From Candidatus Latescibacterota bacterium (GTDB lineage Bacteria; Latescibacterota; UBA2968; SICM01), in assembly GCA_965217865.1 (NCBI GenBank), contig CBDCJO010000002.1, forward strand, positions 1,632,001-1,696,000: DNA of 64,000 bases, written 5' to 3'. A model generated the notes under the pieces. The model was not told where the DNA came from and did no database searches. It worked only from the letters and a program-made list of their open reading frames with translations. Of the stretch, positions 1 to 10,129 are shown piece after piece (the first letter of the stretch is position 1; the number at the start of each line of letters is the position of its first letter). Position numbers and translations under genes: made by a program.

Positions 1-2
1 CC

Positions 3-1160
3 GTTGCGGAGTCTCACATCGGAGAACTCTCCTTCTTTCGAGTCTATTCCGGGACCCTCAAGCCGGGGGAAGAGATCCTCAACACGACCGCAGGTACATC
101 CGAACGGATCGGTCAGGTCTACACCCTGAACGGGAAGGATCGAAGCGAGGTGGGGCTGGTCTCTGCTGGTGATATGGCGGCGCTCGTCAAGCTGAAAAAC
201 ACCAAGACAGGGGATACCCTTTGCAGTAAGGCCAGGCAAGTGGTCCTGCCCGGGATTCAATTTCCAGAGCCCCTTATCCACACGGCGATCCTACCGAAGT
301 CGAAGGGGGACGAGGAGAAGATCAGCATAGGCCTTTCGCGGATCCACGAGGAAGATCCGAGCTTTACGGCGATGTTCGACCCGGAGGTCAAACAGGAGGT
401 CATATACGGACAAGGAGAGCTTCATCTTGAGGTGGTGATCGAAAAGCTGAAGAGCAAATTCGGGGTCGAGGTCGACACCATCGAACCGAAAATCCCATAT
501 CGGGAGACTATCGTTGGAAAGTCGGAGTCGAGCCACAGACATAAAAAGCAGACCGGAGGAAGGGGTCAGTTCGGAGAGGTGTTCATCAGGCTGGAGCCGA
601 ATCAAAGGGGAGAGGGGCTTGAGTTCATTAATCATATCGTAGGGGGGGCCATCCCGGGGAAATTTATCCCTTCTGCCGAGAAAGGTGTGAATGAGGCCAT
701 GACAGAAGGGGTCCTGGCCGGCTATCCGGTCGTGGATGTGAAGGTGGAGCTTTACGACGGCTCATTCCACCCCGTCGACTCTTCTGACCTGGCCTTCAAA
801 ATCGCCGGCTTGATGTCGTTCAAAAAAGGGTTTATGGGGGCAAAGCCGATCCTGTTGGAGCCGATCTACAGTGTCGAGGTCACCGTTCCTGAAGAATTTG
901 CGGGGGATGTGATGGGGGACCTGTCCGGGAGGCGGGGCAAGATTCAGGGTATGGAACCCATCGGGCATTTTCAATCTGTCAAGGCCGATGTTCCTTTGGC
1001 CGAACTACATCGTTATTCTACAACCCTTCGCTCGATGACCCAGGGGCGCGGAGGATTTCGGCGGGAATTTGCCCGGTATGAACCGGTGCCCGGTGATATC
1101 ACACAGAAGATCGTGACGGAGGCAGAGGAGTCGGGGCAGGTTCACCACGCAAAGGAGTGA
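3..1160 (+). CDS. fusA: Elongation factor G paralog (EF-G/EF-G2), 5'-truncated by the window edge
   Basis: Frame open from position 3 (FFRVYSGTL). Domain III-V motifs GQGELHLE, PKIPYRETI, KKQTGGRGQFG, DGSFHPVDSS, YSTTLRSMTQGRG. Confidence 0.93.
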   Translation, partial: VAESHIGELSFFRVYSGTLKPGEEILNTTAGTSERIGQVYTLNGKDRSEVGLVSAGDMAALVKLKNTKTGDTLCSKARQVVLPGIQFPEPLIHTAILPKSKGDEEKISIGLSRIHEEDPSFTAMFDPEVKQEVIYGQGELHLEVVIEKLKSKFGVEVDTIEPKIPYRETIVGKSESSHRHKKQTGGRGQFGEVFIRLEPNQRGEGLEFINHIVGGAIPGKFIPSAEKGVNEAMTEGVLAGYPVVDVKVELYDGSFHPVDSSDLAFKIAGLMSFKKGFMGAKPILLEPIYSVEVTVPEEFAGDVMGDLSGRRGKIQGMEPIGHFQSVKADVPLAELHRYSTTLRSMTQGRGGFRREFARYEPVPGDITQKIVTEAEESGQVHHAKE

Positions 1161-1349
1161 CAGGGCAAGAAGAAAACAGCTTCAAACATCTACGGATACG
1201 GGGAGAATCGGCTTGGCGGCGCTTGGATCAGAAGGCACCGCTTTATTTTTTCCAAGAACAGTCGTTTGGTCTGATCGTTCTCGTCCGAGTAAGATTTACT
1301 CTGAATCCTCCTGGAATCTGAACATTATGACCCGATCGATAAGGTTCGG

Positions 1350-2009
1350 TCACACCCCCCCTTTGACTTTTTCCAGCATGGCCGGTGGAAGGGGGAAGAC
1401 CCACCCCCGGTTCCGGATGATAGCCTTTGAAAGGTCGGTGGAGATGGCGACTATGATCTCGGGCTCCTGTGAGAAGTGTCCGTCAAATCCCCCCATCGCA
1501 CTTCGGGCATGAACGCCGGAATACCCGCCGGGGTCCAACCCCCCCTCAGCAAACTCGGAACAGCCTCCCCCGAAGACGGAGTGCCATCGGAATGAGTAGC
1601 CGTTTATGACAGCGGGGGCGCTCCCAAACGCACCGCCTCCCTGGGAGACGACCATGCCGAGGGCTTTTACAACGTAGAGGACATCGTTCAAGTCGCCACC
1701 TTCCCCGCCGCAAGTAAGCGCCCAGTGAAGGGTCCGGATGTGGTGATCCGCGGCATCCCTCCCCCCCCTTTGCCCGTGTTGGATCACCGCCTCGTCCTCG
1801 ATCATCGGGAGTTTTCCCCCTGCCATTCCGGACATATAAATCAAACCCGCTTCGGAAAAGATCACACTCGCTATCCCGGCGCCTTTAAGGGACTTCACGT
1901 TTTCGTCCCGAGATCCGAGTTCGATTTTGAGCTTCTCAATCCGCTCGTAGACATCAAAGTTTCGCCGAAGGTCTTCGGGGATGATGGATTCATCGTAATA
2001 GCGTCCCAC
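1350..2009 (-). CDS. Divergent RidA/YjgF-like protein
   Basis: GLIYMSG, VVKALGMV, PAVINGYS and HARSAMG motifs of the YjgF-like fold. GTG start at 2009 preceded by GGAGG. Confidence 0.65.
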   Translation of the reverse strand: MGRYYDESIIPEDLRRNFDVYERIEKLKIELGSRDENVKSLKGAGIASVIFSEAGLIYMSGMAGGKLPMIEDEAVIQHGQRGGRDAADHHIRTLHWALTCGGEGGDLNDVLYVVKALGMVVSQGGGAFGSAPAVINGYSFRWHSVFGGGCSEFAEGGLDPGGYSGVHARSAMGGFDGHFSQEPEIIVAISTDLSKAIIRNRGWVFPLPPAMLEKVKGGV

Positions 2010-2147
2010 TAATGTTCCTCCTGAAAAGGGTTCGATCCCGCCTGAATATCCCGAGATATAAGAGTTGTGTCGAATTTTATCAAACACACCAGCGCCTAGA
2101 GATCTCCCTCCCCCCATCGAAGGAAGAAGATTCGGCGTCAGGTTATT

Positions 2148-3134
2148 TCACGAGTCCTCTACGCCGCAGGCTCGGAGCAGGGTTTCCTGCATGGTAAAGT
2201 CGTGTTCCTTGGAATAAGGGAACTCCTTTTCACCCCGGATACACTGGGCGAGTTCTTCCAGATCGAGAACGTATCGAGGGATGTTGGGTATTGCCACGTT
2301 CTGCCAACCGACCTTGTAGCCCCCGTGGGGTTCGTTCAGGAAGAGGCGAACGTCAGGTGGTTCGAGGGGTTGGAGGATGATGCTTCCCCGACTTCCGCAA
2401 ACCTCGAAATGGCGCCTTTCAGAAGCTCCCATTTCTATTGCCCCACATTCGATGACTGCGATGCTCCGGTCGAATTCCATGACCGCCAGAGTGTTGTCAA
2501 CGAGGGCATCTTTGAATGAACCATCCTTCCTCAAAAACGGTGTCACCGTGTGAGGGCGTCCCATGATCAGGACGAGGATGTCCACGAGGTGGCCGGAAAG
2601 CTCGAACATAAACCCGCCGGGGTGGAACGCGAGGGGTTTGCGATTGGCCGGGGATATGTTCGAGTTGATGCTCCCGTGGAGGTAGTGAACCTCCCCCAAC
2701 CAGCTTTCGCTGACGGCCTTGCGGACAAGGTCGAAGCCTGGGTTGTAGCGAAACATGTAGCCCATCTGAAGGATAAGGCTCTGCCCCTCCGCTCGATCGA
2801 GTATGGCTTTGAACTGGGAAAGCGATGCCCCGGCGGGTTTGTCAAGGTGGATATGCTTTCCCGCGTCGACGACTTTGTCCGCCTGGTCCAGGAGGTGCGG
2901 AACGGCGCCTTCCACCGCGACCATCTTTAGTTCAGGGTCGTCCAGCAGTTCCGATTCGGTCAGCCAGCGCACATTCGCGAAGGCCTCCTCCCGTTCGCGT
3001 CTCGTTCGTAGGTTTGGGTCGGGCTCACAGACGCCTGCCAGGTCCCAGTCGGGAGAATCCTGCAGGACCTTCAGTTTTCCCACGGCGTGTCCGTGTCCCG
3101 TTCCCAGAATACCACAGCGAATTATCTCTTTCAT
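2148..3134 (-). CDS. Gfo/Idh/MocA family oxidoreductase
   Basis: GILGTGH Rossmann motif, GKHIHLDKP, GYMFRYNP, GHLVD. ATG at 3134 with GGAGG; TTG at 3161 is an alternative start. Confidence 0.9.
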   Translation of the reverse strand: MKEIIRCGILGTGHGHAVGKLKVLQDSPDWDLAGVCEPDPNLRTRREREEAFANVRWLTESELLDDPELKMVAVEGAVPHLLDQADKVVDAGKHIHLDKPAGASLSQFKAILDRAEGQSLILQMGYMFRYNPGFDLVRKAVSESWLGEVHYLHGSINSNISPANRKPLAFHPGGFMFELSGHLVDILVLIMGRPHTVTPFLRKDGSFKDALVDNTLAVMEFDRSIAVIECGAIEMGASERRHFEVCGSRGSIILQPLEPPDVRLFLNEPHGGYKVGWQNVAIPNIPRYVLDLEELAQCIRGEKEFPYSKEHDFTMQETLLRACGVEDS

Positions 3135-3165
3135 CTTGGGCTTTTCCTCCCTCTGAGTCAATGGA

Positions 3166-4698
3166 TCACTCAGTTTTATACTTCTCCTTGAATCGTTCCC
3201 GCAAGACCCCTTTCTGAACTTTCCCCGTTGCCGTGGTCACGGGCAGCTCGTCGATGAATTCAACGAATCGGGGTTTTTTGTATCCGGCCAGGCGCGATCC
3301 GATGAATTCAATGACATGCTGCGAGGATAGACAGGCCCCTTCTTCCGGGACAACCACGGCGAGTACGGATTCCCCCCATTCCGGGTCCGGGACACCTACG
3401 ATAGCGGCGTCCTTCACCCCGGAGATCTGCTTGAGGGTTCGTTCGATTTCAACCGGATAGACGTTCTCGCCCCCGGTGATGACCATGTCCTTGGTTCGCC
3501 CGGCGATGAAGATGTAGCCGTCTGAGTCGCTTCTTGCAAGATCCCCGCTGAATAACCACCCACGTCCCATCGCTTCCACCGTCTTTTCCGGCATGTTCCA
3601 GTAGCCTTTCATTATCATCGGGCCTCGTGCGACAACCTGACCCACCTTTCCGACCGGGACGTCGGCCATGGATTCATCCACTAACCGGATTTCGACAGCC
3701 GGCATAGGCCTTCCAACGGACCCGATCTTGGTCCGGTTTTCCCGCGTCAGTTTGCAGACGGTCAGGATACAACCGGCCTCTGTAAGCCCATATGTGACGT
3801 AGACATCTGCGTCGAACCGAGACAGGATATTATCCAGAAGGTCCGGAGGAAACGTATCGGAAGAGCCCAGACATCGTTTGACCGAGGAGACATTGTAGTC
3901 GGTTTTCTCCAGCGTCCGCAGGATACGGCGCCAGATCGTCGGTACGCAAAAGATGTTGGTAACGCTGTGGCGCTGTGTTGCCTCCAGGATGGCTTGGGGA
4001 TCGCCCCGGTCCAGGATCACCAGAGTTCCACCGACGAGAAAGTGGGGCAGCACCAGACAGTCAGGCCCTCCCGTATGGAAGAGCGGATAGACGACAACGC
4101 CGACATCAGCGGCCTCGGCTCCGGTCGACATCCCCACGCTCATTGCGTGGAGATAGTGATTTTTATGTGTCAGTGTGGCGCCTTTGGGTTGTCCCGTAGT
4201 GCCGCTCGTGTAGAGGATGATGTGGGGGTCATCTTCGTTCAATTCCAATTTGGGTTCGGATGGATCGGTTCCCCCCACCTGCTTAACGAATTCCGAAATA
4301 TCGGTCGTATCATCGTATGTGATGACACGGGCTTTGGGGTCCACCGCGGGATTCGCAATATCGACGAACCGGGTTTCGACGATCAGGACGGATGCGCCTG
4401 ATTGAGATAAGGTGTATTTAATTTCTTCGGTCCGGTACCAGAAATTGATCGGCACGATAATGGCACCGGCCTTGGCCAAGGCGAAATAGATTACGATATA
4501 GATATCGGAATTCCTGCCCAACAGAGCAACGCGATCTCCTTTTTGAACGCCCATGCAGACCAGAGCATTGGCGATCCGGTTTGCGAATTCGTTCAGTTGG
4601 GCATAGGTCACCTTTCGGTCGCTGAAGATGGTAGCCGTTTTCCCACCGAAGGCCTGCGATCGGGCGTTTCTTCGTAAGATATTTCCCAGGAGCAACAT
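3166..4698 (-). CDS. AMP-binding acyl-CoA synthetase (long-chain fatty acid-CoA ligase family)
   Basis: YTSGTTGQPKG, YGLTE, SGDLA and GGENVYPVEIE motifs. Confidence 0.92.
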   Translation of the reverse strand: MLLLGNILRRNARSQAFGGKTATIFSDRKVTYAQLNEFANRIANALVCMGVQKGDRVALLGRNSDIYIVIYFALAKAGAIIVPINFWYRTEEIKYTLSQSGASVLIVETRFVDIANPAVDPKARVITYDDTTDISEFVKQVGGTDPSEPKLELNEDDPHIILYTSGTTGQPKGATLTHKNHYLHAMSVGMSTGAEAADVGVVVYPLFHTGGPDCLVLPHFLVGGTLVILDRGDPQAILEATQRHSVTNIFCVPTIWRRILRTLEKTDYNVSSVKRCLGSSDTFPPDLLDNILSRFDADVYVTYGLTEAGCILTVCKLTRENRTKIGSVGRPMPAVEIRLVDESMADVPVGKVGQVVARGPMIMKGYWNMPEKTVEAMGRGWLFSGDLARSDSDGYIFIAGRTKDMVITGGENVYPVEIERTLKQISGVKDAAIVGVPDPEWGESVLAVVVPEEGACLSSQHVIEFIGSRLAGYKKPRFVEFIDELPVTTATGKVQKGVLRERFKEKYKTE

Positions 4699-4836
4699 GT
4701 CACGTAGGGCGTTTCTTCTCAGTGATGGCCGCCGGTCACAAACCGAGCGAACTTCGCCAATGAGAACTAAGGGTGTGCAATCCGAACGGTTTATTGTCGG
4801 GTGGAAGTATAGAAAACGGATGGGGGGAAGGAGCGC

Positions 4837-5598
4837 TTAGGTCGGCGGTCTGTTTTTCTTTTTCACGAAGTTCCTGATCCCCTCCCGGGCTTCTTTCGTG
4901 TCAAAACAGTTTCGAAAAGCCCGGGTTTCGGTGTCATCCGCCTCCTTGATCCCCATCCCTTCCTCCGCTTTCAGGACTGCTTTTATGGATCTGATGGCTG
5001 TTGGAGAATGGGAGGCAATTTCATCCCCTATGCGTTCGGCCGATTCCATAAGCTCGGGTTCAGGGACGATTTCGTCGACCAGTCCGATCCGGTGCGCTTC
5101 AGGGGCTTGTATGAAGTGACCTCGGAGGAGGAGTTCGAGCGCCTTGCCCCTGCCGACCAATCCCGTGAGCAGGGACATGCCGAATGGCATGTTCCATCCC
5201 AGTCCGATCTCCGGACAGCCGAATATTGCGGATTCCGATGCGATGCGGATGTCCAGGTAAACCGCGAGCGCGACTCCACCGCCCAGGGCGTATCCGTGAA
5301 TCGCAGCGATGGTTGGGATGGGCAGATCCGCCAGACGTTGACAGATGCCGGCCTCCCGCCTGATAATCCGCTCTGCATCGTTTGGGGAAACGTCCAGGAG
5401 ATCCACGATGTCGCTCCCGGCGCAGAATGCACGACCCGCGCCGGCTACGATCAAGGCGTGTAGTCCGACCCCGGCCTCAACCTCGTCGATAGCCTTCTCG
5501 AGGTCTGTCTGCAGCTGATGGTCCATCGCGTTCAAGGCCTCGGGTCGGTTCAGGGTCAGGATTCCGATGTGATTGCGAAATGTTAAATCGACAGGCAT
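4837..5598 (-). CDS. Enoyl-CoA hydratase/isomerase (crotonase family)
   Basis: LNRPEALNA, FCAGSD, GYALGGG, PEIGLG. Confidence 0.92.
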   Translation of the reverse strand: MPVDLTFRNHIGILTLNRPEALNAMDHQLQTDLEKAIDEVEAGVGLHALIVAGAGRAFCAGSDIVDLLDVSPNDAERIIRREAGICQRLADLPIPTIAAIHGYALGGGVALAVYLDIRIASESAIFGCPEIGLGWNMPFGMSLLTGLVGRGKALELLLRGHFIQAPEAHRIGLVDEIVPEPELMESAERIGDEIASHSPTAIRSIKAVLKAEEGMGIKEADDTETRAFRNCFDTKEAREGIRNFVKKKNRPPT

Positions 5599-5668
5599 AA
5601 GTCAGCAAGAGTCAGGCGTGGGGGGTGGGGTGAACTCATCCCTGATGCCTGATATCCGATCCTTTTGG

Positions 5669-7183
5669 TTACAGGTCGTGGATGGAATCAAGGCCTTGTG
5701 GCTCGGGGAGGACATATCGAATGGGTTGGATGCCCCCGTCCTTTTTTACGATTCGCTTCGCACGCTTTCGAATCAGGACCGAGTGTTCAACCAAAATATC
5801 ATCCTCTAGGACAGATCCGAAGATGTAGCTGGTCCCTTTGATGGTGACGCCGTTCCCGATTCGAGTCGGATGTTCATCGTTCCCCGTAATGCTCACCCGG
5901 GTTTCCACGCGGGTACCGGATCCGATCTCCAGATTCCCCTTGAGGATATTCCCCTCGAGGATCTGTGCCCCGTCACCGATTTTTATCGTCTGATGCGCAA
6001 AGGTGCTCAACGAGACATTTTCCCGAATCTGGACACCTGCCCCCAGGACGATGTTGCCGTCCAAGGTGCTCCGATGGCCGACGTGGACACCGCGATTGAT
6101 TCGGACACCGGTTCCGATCCACGCCCCCTGTCCGATGAAGATATCGAGCGGGCCACCGTTCCGGTCCATCTCCTCAATCTGATTCACCCCCTCATCGGCG
6201 ATGTAGAAGTCCTCCTCGTCCTGGATTGTGATCAAATCCTTGAGCCTTTCGTAGATTCTCCGGCGGGCGATGGACTGCATCTGTTTGAGGACGCTCTTGA
6301 CGTTGAACGCCAGGACCATGTTGTTGTCCGTGGCTCTGGCATCCTGGACGACGAGGCCGCGTTGATTAAAAAGTCGAATCAGATCGGTGAAATAGATCTC
6401 CCCCTGTACATTTTCTGCAGTCAGTTCATCGATGTGCTTTTTCAATAGGGGACCCTTGAAGGCATAAACCCCTGTGTTGAACTCACGGGTTTCGATCAAC
6501 TCCTGACGGGTGAAGCGGTGGATTTTTCCTCGATGCCCCACCTCGTAGGGAACCCCGTCAGGCAAATTCAGGATGTCCGCGTGTTCTTTGATCTCGATCA
6601 CCTGGCCAGAGTCCTCCGAAGTCTCCCCCGACTCGTCTTTCTCCGGGACCCTGATGATCCGACCATAATAGTTGTTGGCATGATCACCGTCGAAATAGCC
6701 TGTGAGGACCATCATATCGATCCCCTGGGCTTCAAACTGTTCCCGGAATCGACTTACGGCTTCCCCCGTCAGGAGCCCCATGTCCCCGGGGAAGATATAA
6801 ATATTCCCGTTGACAACCCCTTGAGGAAAGACTGTGAGGCCAACCCGAACCGCATCTCCCGTTCCGATCTGCTTGGCCTGGTAGGCGAAGGATCGGCGTA
6901 GCGTGCGACCTGCCGCTCGGGAGACATCAAGGGCCTGTATGCCCACGACGACGATCTGGTTCGATGAGGTTCCCAGTCCCGAAAGGGCGGCGTCCGCAAC
7001 ACGCAGCACCGTCGGCCGACCCCAGATCTGGTGTAACATCTTCGAGGTCTCGGACCGGATCCGCTTTCCGTGGCCTGCGGCAAGGATGATCGCCGTGCCA
7101 GGCGCGCCAGGATGAAGCGGAGCGCTCAGGGCTTCGAGGTGGTTAAGGATCTCGTCCTGAACGATCCCTTTCCGAATGGCCAA
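5669..7183 (-). CDS. glmU: GlmU-like nucleotidyltransferase with C-terminal left-handed beta-helix
   Basis: ILAAGHGKR..K.LH, QIGTGDAV, YGRIIR, EFNTGVY, QGEIYFTD, then hexapeptide repeats. TTG start at 7183 after AAGGAG. Confidence 0.7.
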   Translation of the reverse strand: MAIRKGIVQDEILNHLEALSAPLHPGAPGTAIILAAGHGKRIRSETSKMLHQIWGRPTVLRVADAALSGLGTSSNQIVVVGIQALDVSRAAGRTLRRSFAYQAKQIGTGDAVRVGLTVFPQGVVNGNIYIFPGDMGLLTGEAVSRFREQFEAQGIDMMVLTGYFDGDHANNYYGRIIRVPEKDESGETSEDSGQVIEIKEHADILNLPDGVPYEVGHRGKIHRFTRQELIETREFNTGVYAFKGPLLKKHIDELTAENVQGEIYFTDLIRLFNQRGLVVQDARATDNNMVLAFNVKSVLKQMQSIARRRIYERLKDLITIQDEEDFYIADEGVNQIEEMDRNGGPLDIFIGQGAWIGTGVRINRGVHVGHRSTLDGNIVLGAGVQIRENVSLSTFAHQTIKIGDGAQILEGNILKGNLEIGSGTRVETRVSITGNDEHPTRIGNGVTIKGTSYIFGSVLEDDILVEHSVLIRKRAKRIVKKDGGIQPIRYVLPEPQGLDSIHDL

Positions 7184-7185
7184 AT

Positions 7186-8313
7186 CTATCCGTCTCCTTG
7201 AACACAAAATCGGTAGATGAGCTTTGAGTAGATCTCGACCCCTTTTTTTAGCTGATCGATGTTCACCCACTCGTCGTGGGTGTGCGCCTGCTTGATGTCC
7301 CCGGGTCCGAGGACGACCGATTCGAGGTGTTTCCCGAACACCAGACCGTCGGTTCCGTAGGAGACGGTACGGGCTCTGGTTCGGCGGGTGACCGAGAGGG
7401 CCACTTTGACAATCCTGGAATTCAGCGGGGTGAAGAATGGATCGCCCCACTTCATACGCGTCAGTCGTACGCCGTGCTTTTTTGCAGAAGCCCTTACCCG
7501 ACCGATGATGGCATCGACATCCTGGCCTGGCATAGGCCGATAGTTGAGCGTTACTCGGCTGAGCGGGACGGTGACGTTTGATGCGGTGTTTCCATCGTTA
7601 ATGGTGAGGTTCCAATCCGAATATGGCGGATCGAACACCTTGTTCATGTATTTTGCCTTTGTCGTGATCTCGTAGTACATCTTTCTCATTTCGTGGAGGA
7701 ACGGGATCATCTTCAGATGTGCGTTTAATCCCTTTCCGGTGCTGCTGTGTGCAGCCTTTCCCTTTGCCGTTGCGACGATGCGCATGGCCCCCTTGTGGGC
7801 GTGGACGACGTTCAGCATGGTGGGTTCCGTGATGATCCCGAAACGGATCTTCGTCTCCCGAAACATCTCTGATGAAGTGGCAACCGCCCGGGCTCCGATG
7901 GCGCCGGTCTCCTCGTCCGAGGTGACCACAACCGTGATCGGTCCTTTAAGATCCGAGGCCCGGAATCGTTCGACCGCACAGAGGGTGGATGCGATCGGGC
8001 CCTTCATGTCAACGCTTCCCCGACCGTAGATGCGGCCGTTTTTCACCGTCGCCCTGAAGGGCCCCCCCGGCCCGGCCCAATCGTCTGCCGGCACGGTATC
8101 GGAATGGCAGAGCAAGGCAAGCCCTCCTTTTCCTCTCCCTTTTTTCGCGATCAGGCTGACCTTCATTACCCCGTTTTCGTCATAGGTGACCCGTTCGGTC
8201 CTGAACCCGGTCCGACGAAGCTGTTTCTGGATATAGTCCGATACCTCCGCGTTGCTCAGGGCGCTAACGGAGTTGAAGCTCACCATGTCCCGGGTCAATT
8301 TCAAGACGTCCAT
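7186..8313 (-). CDS. argE: M20 family acetylornithine deacetylase
   Basis: HSDTVP, GRGSVDMKG, DEE, ITEPT, GKAAHSS, YGTDG, GPGDIKQAHTHDE. ATG at 8313 after AAGGAG. Confidence 0.8.
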   Translation of the reverse strand: MDVLKLTRDMVSFNSVSALSNAEVSDYIQKQLRRTGFRTERVTYDENGVMKVSLIAKKGRGKGGLALLCHSDTVPADDWAGPGGPFRATVKNGRIYGRGSVDMKGPIASTLCAVERFRASDLKGPITVVVTSDEETGAIGARAVATSSEMFRETKIRFGIITEPTMLNVVHAHKGAMRIVATAKGKAAHSSTGKGLNAHLKMIPFLHEMRKMYYEITTKAKYMNKVFDPPYSDWNLTINDGNTASNVTVPLSRVTLNYRPMPGQDVDAIIGRVRASAKKHGVRLTRMKWGDPFFTPLNSRIVKVALSVTRRTRARTVSYGTDGLVFGKHLESVVLGPGDIKQAHTHDEWVNIDQLKKGVEIYSKLIYRFCVQGDG

Positions 8314-8454
8314 TCCGGGTCTCCTTTTTAATCGTTTCAGTGAAGTGTATTCTTGAATCGGCGTGATGTCTTCAAAAACGGGAGGCCTGGCAAACCTCAC
8401 CGGAAACTGCGTTAATAAAGATTGAAGGTGTGTGAAACCGGAAGGGCTTCCGGA

Positions 8455-9219
8455 TCAGTCCACGAGAAGCGTTGGTTCTCCCCATGAAAGTCTGTCGGGA
8501 TCATTCACGCGAGCGCCGCTCGGTGCAGGGACGGGGCCTAGGAGGAGGGGGACGTCTGTCTCTTCCATCCAGCGGGAGAGGCGGCTTCTCATCTCATCCA
8601 AAAGAGGGGATCTGAACGGTTCACCAATCAGGTTGTTTGTCTCATCGGGGTCAAAGATCTTGGGGGTATCGGGCAACGGCGGCGGGGGCTGACAATAGCG
8701 TGGATCTTCAGCAGGCTGACTCTGAGGATCAGGCTCGGGAAATGGAATATGGGTCTCGTGTAAGCCCACAGACATAAAGAAAGGCGGCTCTGGTTTACTC
8801 GCGAGGAAATCGACCACAGTAGGGCCCACTTGATCCGCGTGAGCCGATTCGACGGGAAGAACCCGATCGTAGCCGACGGGATCGGCGCGATTGTCACCGT
8901 GGGGGGCCGTATGTTCCACGCCACATAGAACGGTTGTGTAACCGGAGTTTCGGAGGGTGTGTGCGATATGCTGCTTTGTATCGGTAAGGCCCCAACCCCG
9001 GTGGGCAAGGCCGAGCATGCCGGAGACGTGGGGGTCCTGGCCGGTGAGGAACGAGGCCCTGCTCGGGGAGCAGGTGGGCGCAGCGGCAAAGGCGCGACGG
9101 AATAGGACGCCTTCCTCCGCCAACCTCTGGAGATTCGGTGCGGGGACCGCATGCCCGTATGGCTGTATGAAGCGTCCGGTGTTGTGCGAATGCAAAAAGA
9201 GGACGTTCGGCTTTGGCAT
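8455..9219 (-). pseudogene. Sulfatase (N-sulfoglucosamine sulfohydrolase-like) with apparent in-frame internal deletion
   Basis: PNVLF and CSPSRASFLTG (FGly motif) are present, but the protein is only 254 aa; PPPPLPDTP runs directly into the C-terminal FDPDETNNL motif. Confidence 0.7.
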
Positions 9220-9331
9220 TTTAGCGCCTCGGCAGACCCTCCCGGCATCGAACCACAATTCAAGTCCCGCTGCCATGAAACGAGGATCCGGCTTTCTTAC
9301 CCGGAATTGGGTTCAAAATCGGGGGCGGTCT

Positions 9332-10099
9332 CTACTGTGCCGTCAACCCTCCGTCCACGAGAAGCGTCGTGCCGGTCACGAAGCTGGAGGCGTCGGAGGC
9401 GAGAAAGACAATGGCCCCACCCAGTTCCTCCGGCTTTCCCCATCTGCCTAACGGCACCTTCGCTATGAAAGCCTTAAAGGCTTCGGGGTCTTTCATCACG
9501 GCGGTGTTGATCGGTGTCTCGAACGGGCCGGGACACAAGGCATTTACGGTGATGTTGTAAGGGGCCCATTCGAGGGCGATCGTCTTCGTCAACTGGACGA
9601 GCCCCCCTTTGCTGGATGCGTATGAGGTCCGGTTCGGGAGGCTCACGAAAGAGAGGATAGAGGCCACATTGATGATTCGTCCGTAACGACGCTTGATCAT
9701 GTGGGGTCCGACGGCCCGACAGTAGCGCATCGGACCGGTCATGTTGATTCCGATGACCTGATCCCAGGAGTCGTCTTTCAAATCGACGAGTGGTTCCCGG
9801 ATATTGATGCCCGCGTTGTTGACGAGGATGTCGATCTTCTCAAATTCGTTAAGTGCCCGTTTTACGGTTGTTCCTACATCCGACGACTTAGAGACATCGG
9901 CCTCAACGGCTACAATTTTTCGGCCCGATGCTGAGGCGATCTCCTCTGCCACCGGTTCGATCTCATCCTGGTTGCGGCTTGTGATCAGGAGATCTGCGCC
10001 CGCCTGGGCGAGGGCAAGGGCCATTGCGCGGCCAAGGCCTTTGCTGGCTCCGGTCACGATACCCGCCCGATCTTTCAGACTAAAAGCTTCGAGACCCAT
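9332..10099 (-). CDS. Short-chain dehydrogenase/reductase
   Basis: TGASKGLG, NNAG, YASSK, DGG. Confidence 0.93.
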   Translation of the reverse strand: MGLEAFSLKDRAGIVTGASKGLGRAMALALAQAGADLLITSRNQDEIEPVAEEIASASGRKIVAVEADVSKSSDVGTTVKRALNEFEKIDILVNNAGINIREPLVDLKDDSWDQVIGINMTGPMRYCRAVGPHMIKRRYGRIINVASILSFVSLPNRTSYASSKGGLVQLTKTIALEWAPYNITVNALCPGPFETPINTAVMKDPEAFKAFIAKVPLGRWGKPEELGGAIVFLASDASSFVTGTTLLVDGGLTAQ

Positions 10100-10129
10100 G
10101 ATCGCAGCGCTCTATCGCCATCATACGAA

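Noticed and set aside
7184-7450. N-terminal extension of the 593-aa glmU ORF
   Set aside because: It overlaps argE in another frame; an RBS-supported TTG at 7183 is the better start.
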